Positions 54,101-63,100 of a DNA stretch of 64,000 nucleotides are shown one piece after another. Position 1 is the stretch's first letter. Each line of letters opens with the position of its first letter. The stretch lies in contig CAJINV010000005.1 of NCBI GenBank assembly GCA_905178155.1, positions 4,940,256 through 5,004,255 of the forward strand, in the 5' to 3' direction. The notes below the pieces were generated by a model that saw only the letters and a list, made by a program, of their open reading frames with translations, did not search any database and was not told where the DNA came from. The DNA comes from Amoebophrya sp. A120 (Eukaryota > Protista > Dinoflagellata). Made by a program: the position numbers and the translations under genes.

Positions 54101-57100
54101 GGCGAATTCTGTCGCGCCGGCGGCTTCGAATTCGCAAGTCACGGGCTTGACCTGGAAGGGGTACAAGAGCAGTAGTAGTTCTTCTAGTTCATCTTCCTCT
54201 TCTCTGCGGGCTCTGACCAGCTTGGAAGGGAGATTTATCAAATGCAAAAATGTCTGGGTCTGGAAGATTCTGAGATTTGTCACGCAGTTTTTCCAAGCTC
54301 CACCGAGTCTGGAATGCAGGGCCTAGCATCACAGGGTCCGCAGCCCCTTCGTGATGCCTGTTCTGCATGAGAAATGCCCTCTCAGCATGGCCAGAAGTAC
54401 GCACCTTTTGCAAGTCACGCAGCACAGATTTTTGTATGATCCGCAACATGCATCACAAGTTCGCATCCTTCCAGACCCAGACGTATTTGCAATGCATAAG
54501 ATTTGAACAACAGCAAGAACAACTCGATTTCGCCCTCGAGCACATGGATCTTTTGGACGAGAACTACGAGGAAACCGCGGCTCTCCGGGAGTTATCCTCT
54601 TCTTCTACTTCCACCGCCGCTGTTGAGCCAAATTGGTCCGCGATGGCGGCAACAACGGATCTGTCCCTCCAGTCGAAACCCCGCGCGTTCTTTCTGGAAG
54701 TGCCGGTGGACTTGACTGTGGTGCATTCTCTGACGCAATTCTACAGCAAGGAATACATTTCGATTCTCTTGAAACAAGCGACGTTCGATTTAGTCGAGGC
54801 AGAAATCGTGAATGTCGGATCTAGTAGTGAAACCGTCAGAACCACTGCTTTGTCCGCCTGGAAGCAGAAATTGGAAAAACTAACCGGAACGGTTTCCGCC
54901 GGGAGTCCTCGAACCGGGGGGCAGAACAGAGTCGATATCGATTACGAAAACGACCCGGTTTTGCTCGTCGATTGCCGGTTTGATATCACCAGGTCGACGT
55001 CCCTTTCTGATGCTGCTTCCACCGATAAGGATTTCGCAGTGAAAGAAACAGCAATGGTTTTCCTGCAACTCCAGCAAGCGGACTCGTTCGTGATTGGACA
55101 AATCTTGACGATTATGGCCGATCAAACGAAGTTGCTGGCGAAACTACAGGGGCAAACCTCTTTAGGTTCGACTGGCGCGACCATCTTCCCAGAGTTGAAA
55201 ATCCTCTCCCGGGATGGTCTCCAGCAGGTCCCCGCAGGGGATACGGTCATCCCTTCCCTCGCCGTTTCGAAACTTCGGCTCCCCGTCATCGCTGACTTGT
55301 TAATCGACGAAAACGCCATGTTGAAGCCAAACGGCACGGTGGTTGCCACGGAAGTCGCGGACGCGTTCCGGGAGTTGCTGGGGGATGTGTTGACAACTGA
55401 TTCTTTCACGTTACCCGCTTCCTCCCTCATCGCAGAATCTTCGACGCAGGCGGCGGGTTCGGTTTACAACCAGTTTTTGTTCGATTTGTACGTGCCGATA
55501 AGTCTGTCTTCTTCTGTTTTGTCTGCGGAGAAATTGGCGTTTTTGAAATCCTCTAACGCTGCGGAATTCGTGAGACAGAAGTTGAACTCTGGGTTCGAAT
55601 CCGATAATTACACTTCCGGTCGCGTGAAACAATTGGTGATTAAAACCGGGGGGAGTTCTGTCCAGCAGGATTTCATCTCGACGCATTTTAAACTAACTCC
55701 CGCCCCGAACCCGGAAGTTTTCAAGGCGGTTGCGGCGTTCCAATCGGTCTTCGCGTCTGTGTTTTCCTCGTTGAAGGACGGAATACAATTCCCTCGGTCG
55801 GAGATGGTGGTTGTCGCGCCGGAAAAGAACCTCGCGGTGGACAAATTCTCCATCGTGATGCCGAGCAAGAGTTTGCTTTCGTACAGTGATGCAGAGTTGA
55901 TATCTGCACTGCAACAAACGGACAATCTGGCGAACTCCGTCACCCCTCGGTTAGAAGGGGTGGGAATTTCTCTATCCGCCGCTTACCCCCCGCCGAGTGG
56001 GACCTTGAAGTTGACGGATACAGCGATCTTACCGACCAGTTCGAAGGACGTTGCGACTTTGAACAAAAACTCGGGTCTGAACTCCAACGGCGTTTTGGAA
56101 TTAACCGCCGGGATTTCAGTTTTACAAATCGACTTCCGGGTGCTGTTGGCGAACAGCGAGAGTAGTTCTCCTGAGATGAAAACCGCTCGGCAGAAGTTGG
56201 GTTTTAGCGATAAATCGAAAGTCGGTGGTTTGTTGGAAGAACTGAAGACGTGGTTTAGGGCTGCGATCAAGGAATGTCTTGATTCAGGCTCCACCGCGGA
56301 AGTCGCGACGGTCGTTTCTTCCTCTAAGGTGAAGTCCGGGAAAGTATTGACGGGTTCGAAGACGATTCAGTCTAACAAACTCACCCTTTCCGTCCGGCTT
56401 TATACCGGGAAGGAGAGCAATGCGGAGGATGCTGCAAAATCCGTTCTCCAACTCTCCCAGATGCTGAATAAAGGAACAAGCAAATCCACTTGCGTCTTGG
56501 ATAAAGTGAACACGAACCTGCAGACTTTCACGACCTTATCTTCGTCGGATGCTAGTGCTGAGATCCTAACCGACTTCCCGATTGCTCTTCCAGTGATCCA
56601 GGGAAGAGGGTTGATTTCCGCCGGGGCAGGTTCCGCTGTCGTTACCGCGGTGAAGAAATCAGGGACTGGAGAAAATCCAGTTTCCCCACTAGCGAAAGCT
56701 TTATCCGATGCGTTAGCTGCTGCCGACGCGGGTAACGTCCCGGCTGAGATGATCACGGTGGACGTTCTCGCGAAAGCAACGCAAACCAGCACTAAAGCGC
56801 AGTTCTCCTTCGCGATTCCAGGTGCTTTCGGCCCGGAAGCTGACTTTTTATTGAAGTCCAATCCGCCCGAAACGCTGAAATTTCTGCTGGAGAAGAGCTT
56901 GAAGCTGCGGCTGAAGGAGAACACTGTGACTGGTGTTTCCACCACCGATGCGGAGAATGTGAAAATCGAACTCGCTTCTCTCAACGGGGCGAAGCAGCAA
57001 GACACGGTGTTTTTAACCGGGTTGGTGGAGATCCAGGAACAAACGAGTTCTGGAAATATTGACCCTGTGACAACTGCTTCCGCGTTGTCTTCCGGGTTGC

Positions 57101-60100
57101 GAGCCGTTGTTTCCTCCGCTTTGGAGAAGGAGGGTTTGAAGCTCGTTGCCCCCTCGGTTTCTTTCACGGATTCTGTTGTGAAAGCAACTCTTGTATCCCA
57201 AGGAAAAACTGTTTCACTGTAAACTTGTAATGCAGAAATTGTATCTCAGAAGTGCTTGTCTTGCTACACATGCAAGACAATGGATTTTTAGCGGTGTTGT
57301 CTCTTGGAAATCTCGCATAGCAAATTTTCTTTGTCATGCAGGACAAACTTGTGATGCAAAACTTGCAAAATCCTTAAAGTGAAACACTTTTTTCGTACGA
57401 TATCTTGCCGGTATGACTTCTGCGGAACAGGTGGATTCTTACCGGGTCAGCAACGTGATCGTCGCAGAAGTGACGAGTGCTGCGGATGTGAGTGGCGCGA
57501 CTGGGAAAAAGCTGTACTATTACATTGTGCCGTTGAACCTGCAGGAGCGGAATTTTGGAACAACGGCTGGTGGAGTAGCTTCTTCTACTCCCGTCGCTTA
57601 CTCCAATGTCGGAGGCGCTTCCCTCGCGAAGTTGCAAAATGTAACAAACAGCTTCGCTGCGGATTTCGACACGGAGTTCAACAAAACCTTCTCCGTGCTC
57701 GCGAACGCAGAAGGATTCGAACTGACCACGATAGTATCTTCTTCTGATGGTGGAGCTAGTAGTGCAACAAGTTCTTCCTCAACTGGTGCGGAAATCTCCC
57801 TCGCGAAGCAATTCGAGAAGAGCCTGCTGCAGCAACCGACCAGTTCGTCCCTCTCGCCGCTGTTTCTATCCTGAGTAAAAACGTACCCACACCAGAGTCA
57901 AGATGGGGATTTTGCAACGCAAACCTAGAACTTTTGGGGGTCACGCATCACAAATTGCAGTCCGTAGTTTAGTGCAGGTTCGCAAGGCCAGCTGCATCAG
58001 AAATCGATCTGCTCATCCTGTTTACAGCATTACAAATTCCAAAACACGACTAAAAATGCCTCTCCTGGCGATGCGCATTACAAATGTTCCTGTCATTGCA
58101 AATCTGCATGACAACTCTGGTGTGGGTACGTTTTTACTCAGGATAATTTCTCGAGACGAAGTTCATGGTCCAAGCAGACCTTTTGGACAACACTCTGGAC
58201 ATGAAGGACAAGCTATCACACAGAAAAAAGCAGGCAGCGCATGTTTGTAATGCAAAAACAAATAGACAGAAGAATCTGTCATGGGTTAATACCCCATAGC
58301 GTTCTGCTCAGGACATGCAATACAGATTTCTTTGTCTATTTATTTTTGCATTACAAATCTGACGCGTCTGCTTTTTTCTGTGTGATACAAGCAAACCAAG
58401 CTCGCGTTCGACAAAGTCGTCACCTCCCGGTTCCGCAGCGCAGTAGCCCACGCGTTGAAAGAAACGCTAGAGACTGAGAAGAAGGACCAACCGCTTTTAC
58501 CCGTTTCCTGCTTGATCGGAAAAGGGACGGAATCAAGAGAGCAAGCAGTAACCTCCACCACGACCACCACGACCAACCCAAATTGCTACCAGGAGAATCT
58601 GGCTTCTTTCCTTCCCGGGAGGTGGGAACTCTACATGTACAAGGGCGGGAGTGCTGGGAACGGCTACAATGACATGCGAATCGGGAAAAATGTGAATGGT
58701 CTGGGCACGCTCTGCCCGCACCCGACGAGTGGGAATGCAAAGATGGCGGAAGCGCTGTTCAACGAAAAGTGCTTCCGGCAAATTCTCGTCGTCGGCGGCG
58801 ACAAGACCTGGGGCCGAATTTGGTCGAAAGACGGGTCCTGCATCCCAGGCACCGACGCGTTTGGCACGGGTGCGAAGGGAACGATGAAAGATCGTTACAG
58901 CTCGGAGTGGAGCAGCAAGCCCGCTGGGGAGGTGGTGGATCTGCAAATAAAGCATGCGCACCACGGACCTATGATTGGCGATACCAACACGGGCAGTCAG
59001 TGGATGTGGCGGTGTAATAGCTACCCGAATTGCGCGCAGACCGATACGGGAAAAGTGGCTGGGGGTACCGGCCTGACGCTGTCGACCACCCTCGGGCGGC
59101 TGGTCACGGTGCCCGGCCAGGATCCCACCCAGGCAACGATGAGTTGGAACTGGTACGGGAGTCAGTTGTATGGTGTTGAGCCGGGCCCGTCCCCGTTCAT
59201 CCGGCAGCACCGGCCGATGACCTGTGTGGTTCAGGTGGAGCAGAGTGATGCTTCCGACCAGAATTACCTGCAGACGGTTATCGGGTTGTTGTCCGAAGCG
59301 GGTGTTGGGGACGCGGCGAGCAGTACTCTGAAGGAAAAAAGAGATTTGTTCTTGACCAATCTGGAAGTCCACTACAAGCAATTTCCACCCACGACGACCA
59401 CCACCCCGGCCGGGTATGTGGCGCCGCCCCCGCCGAGGTTCTGCCCGGCGGAGTTCGTCTGCCCGGGCGGGATGACGGTGAAGGACGGTGATGTAAAACT
59501 CTATCAGTGCCGGTCCCCGTATGGTTGCGTGGCGCTCGATTGCTGCAAAGTATCGGAGAAGAGTGTGTTTCAAGACGTGGCGTTTTCTGGAAAAATGGCG
59601 GAGTTTTTGGACGCGAACCACGTACTCGGTTTCAAGTACAAAACTGGGTTTGATAAAGAACAGATCTTTTCCACCGGTAGAGGTATCCTATGTAAAAACA
59701 CCCCCACCCCAGAGTTGTCATGCAAATCTGCATGCTGAGAATGTCTCTCATGCGGAGCCCCATGAGAAGCATTTTTTATTCGCGTTTGGAAATTTGTCAT
59801 GCTCCAATCAACATGGGAAACCGGATCTGTGATGCTGCTGAACTACCTCAAACAGCACTACACTACGAGCCCAAATCTGTCATGCAAAACAGCCAACACT
59901 TGTGGATCTGTCTAGCCGATTCCCCATCTTGACTATGGGGTGGGGACGTTTTTACATAGGATAAGAGGATCGTCGAGTTCATCTGCTGCGGAATTCCTCT
60001 CTTCCACCACCGCTTTCTTAGAGTTCGACGCGAAGAAGGTACTGGATGCGTACTTCACTGCCCACCAGTTCACATCTTCGAACTCCCCGGTGACTTTGTC

Positions 60101-63100
60101 CACAACGGATGCAGGGAAAATCGAATATGAGAGCATCAAACACTTCTCCACGATCGAAAACGATTTTTATCTGAACCACGGTGGTCTTGCCGTGCAAAAC
60201 CAGCTCCGAATGAAATCCCAGACGGATATCGACGCGATTTTCGCCGATTCCGCTCTGGAAATTCAGTTCACGCCAATCAGAGCGATCCTCAATTCCGCTT
60301 TCGGCGAGGCGTTAATGGATTTGACCGGTGTGGAGAATCTCACGCCGTTCCACGTGAACAGCAGACTGAGGAAGATCACGGGAACAGGTGCGGATCTGAA
60401 GGTTGAGCTGGCGGTTTCGATCCCCTACGCCACCCCGGAGTCCGGCTTTTTGAAGTTGATCTTCAAGAAGCTGGACAGTACTAGTACCGCGGGAGGTACT
60501 ACCAGCGCAGATAACTCCGTTTTCGGCAGCCGGATGAACAAAGCGTTAGCGAAGACGTTTGGGATGAGCGACCCAAATTCTGCGGATTTTTATCCTGTGT
60601 AAAAACGTCCCCACCCCAGAGTTGTCATGCAGATCTGCAATTGCAGGAACATTTGTAATGCGCGTCCCCAAGGGAGGCATTTCCAATCGTGTTTTGGCAT
60701 TTGTAATGCTGCGAACAGGATAAGCAGATGGATTTGTGATGCGGCCGTTCTTGCTAACATGCACTACACTACGGACTGCAACTTGTCATGCGTGGGTCCC
60801 AAAACTTCTGGATTTGTGTTGCTACGTTCCCAACTTGACTATGGGGTGGGGACGTTTTTGCATATGATAACTTCGGAATCAAAATCACCGAAGACGCGAA
60901 GGAAACGCAATTTGTGACCGCGAAGATAAGATTATCGCCGGAAGTGAAGGAGTCGCAGGAACTAACAAGTACGATTCCCAGTACTGGCGCAAATCTCAAG
61001 CAGTCTGCTTTCTCCGACGATTCCATGCTGTCGGTAGCTCAGGCTGCGGGGAGAAGTGCTGTGTTGGACATCCTGGGGCAGGCGGGGTCGAAGGTGAGCA
61101 CGCCGTGGTCTTTGTTGGCCATTCCGGAGGCGGTGCAGAATGAAGCTGGTTCATCTTCTACCGCCTCCTCTTCCCTGCGGAGCCTGGGTAGTAGCGCGTC
61201 TGAGCTGTTCGACTCCAGTAGTGCGCTGGTGGCGACCGGGCAGGAACTTGTTGCTCCGGCTGCGAAGAAGTGCTCGTCGCAGAGCGACCTTTTCTCCTCC
61301 ACCGGAGCGCTTCTCTTCGACAGTGACGTCACCACCGCGTGCACAGAAACCGAAACCACCCACCCGTTAGATCCGCGCGGCGACCACCCGAGTCCGATGC
61401 CGATCGACAGTTCATCCGCTGCTGCGTTGCGCGAACTTACGGCAAGTACTAGTGCAACAAGCAGTGCACAAGCGCAGAAGCGGCAGTACGACCTGAGACT
61501 GATCCTCCCATTGTCCGAGGAGATTTTCGACCCGGCAAACATCCAGTCGATCATAACCGCGTTCACTTCTGCCGGCAACAACTCCCCCTTCTACGGAAAG
61601 TTCGCCACAGAAATCTCCACCAACTTCCTCCCGCCGAAGCAACTGGCGGATGGGTCGACCAAGCCCGTGTTCGCTTCCACGAGCACAAATGATGTGATCA
61701 ACGTTTTGCTCCCAACCGCGTCTTCCTCCTCCGCGGATTTGTCTGGGATTACTGTTTCCGCAGATGTGCCCGCGCAATTTGGCATCAGCTACTTGCAGGT
61801 GAAGCTCGGCTTGATTTCCGAGCAAGGGATCCCGGCAGTCGCGTTGCAGAAGGCGTTTTTATTGGCGTGCAAATCGGAACTAGTAGAAAACATCATGTTT
61901 CCGAACAACTACAAGATCGATCAAGTCTCCGTGACCCACATCGGCCAGTCCGCGGCGGAGAACAAGAAGGTGCAAGACTTGTATTCTGCAGTTCTCTACA
62001 TCATATGAGAGTGCACAACTCCCCCTCCTCCTCATTTGTCATGCAAAATCCCAAATCCATATCCAGCTGCTGCCTTGTAGCACTGTTTGCATGACAAATT
62101 CTGGAAGCCCAAACAGTACTACACTGGGCACATAGATTTGTCATGCATAGGCTCCATGTGCGCTGGTGTTTGTATTGCTGTTCATGCCATACAAATGGGG
62201 GCGAGGGGGAGTTGGGCACTGTCATACCTCACCGGAGCGTCCCACAACGAGATTGGGCGGATCCAGAGTCTGTTCGTCCCGATGGTGGTTATGAAAGTGC
62301 ACAACTCCCCCTCCCCCTCATTTGTCATGCAAAATGCCTAAGTTACGCCGGGGTTCTTGGCAATGTTTGCATGACAAGTTCTAGCAGCCCAAATAGCACT
62401 ACAATCCTGCCCAAACTTGTCATGCAAAACCGGTAATCTTGCTGATGCTTGTATTGTTGTTCATGCAATACAAATGAGGGGGAGGGGGAGTTGTGCACTT
62501 TCATGGTGGTGAAGGGAAAAACGGAAGACGCGGCAAGTGATGGCCTCGCGAAGCAGTTTTTACTGAAGATTGGGGAGAATCTGGCGGATGAGCTGCAGAT
62601 CACAGACAGTGCGAAATATCCTCAGACCTTCACCGCTGACTTCGCCGATCCGGTCGCCCAGTCGATCGCGAAGATTGAGTTACAAAACGCTTTACCACCA
62701 CCCCCACACGACGCCGAAAAATGCGGCTACGACCCGAACCCCTCGATTCTTCCGGGCAAGTGGTTCCTCTACATGTACAAGCACGGACAGAATAAAGCGG
62801 CCAACGGCTGGAATGACATGCGGTTTGGGAAAAACGTTAATGGGTTAAATTCCCTCTGCCCGCACCCGACAAGTGGGAATGCGAAAATGTCGGAAGCGTT
62901 ATTCGACGCGTCCTGCTTCACGGAGCTCCTCGCGGTCGGTGGCACCGGCGCGTGGGCGAAAATCTGGCGCAAGGACGGGGCTTGTATCCCCGCGAAAGAC
63001 GCGTTTGGCGAGGGAGAGAAGCGGACGAACGGCTTCTACAGCATTGAGTTTTCCACGGGCTACAAGGGCGACGCGATTGTGAAGAACTTGTACCACGGAC

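Noticed and set aside
239-62505. CRISPR array or bacterial REP/BIME interpretation of the recurring tgtctgggtctggaa repeats
   Set aside because: The repeats are inverted pairs bounding 150-330-bp elements inside coding sequence, with no constant-length spacers and no cas genes.
140-62603. Many short ORFs containing CKNVWVWK, FQTQTFL, PDPDIFA, MSGSGR or KNPPSPY
   Set aside because: These are translations of introner TIRs in different frames, not a protein family.
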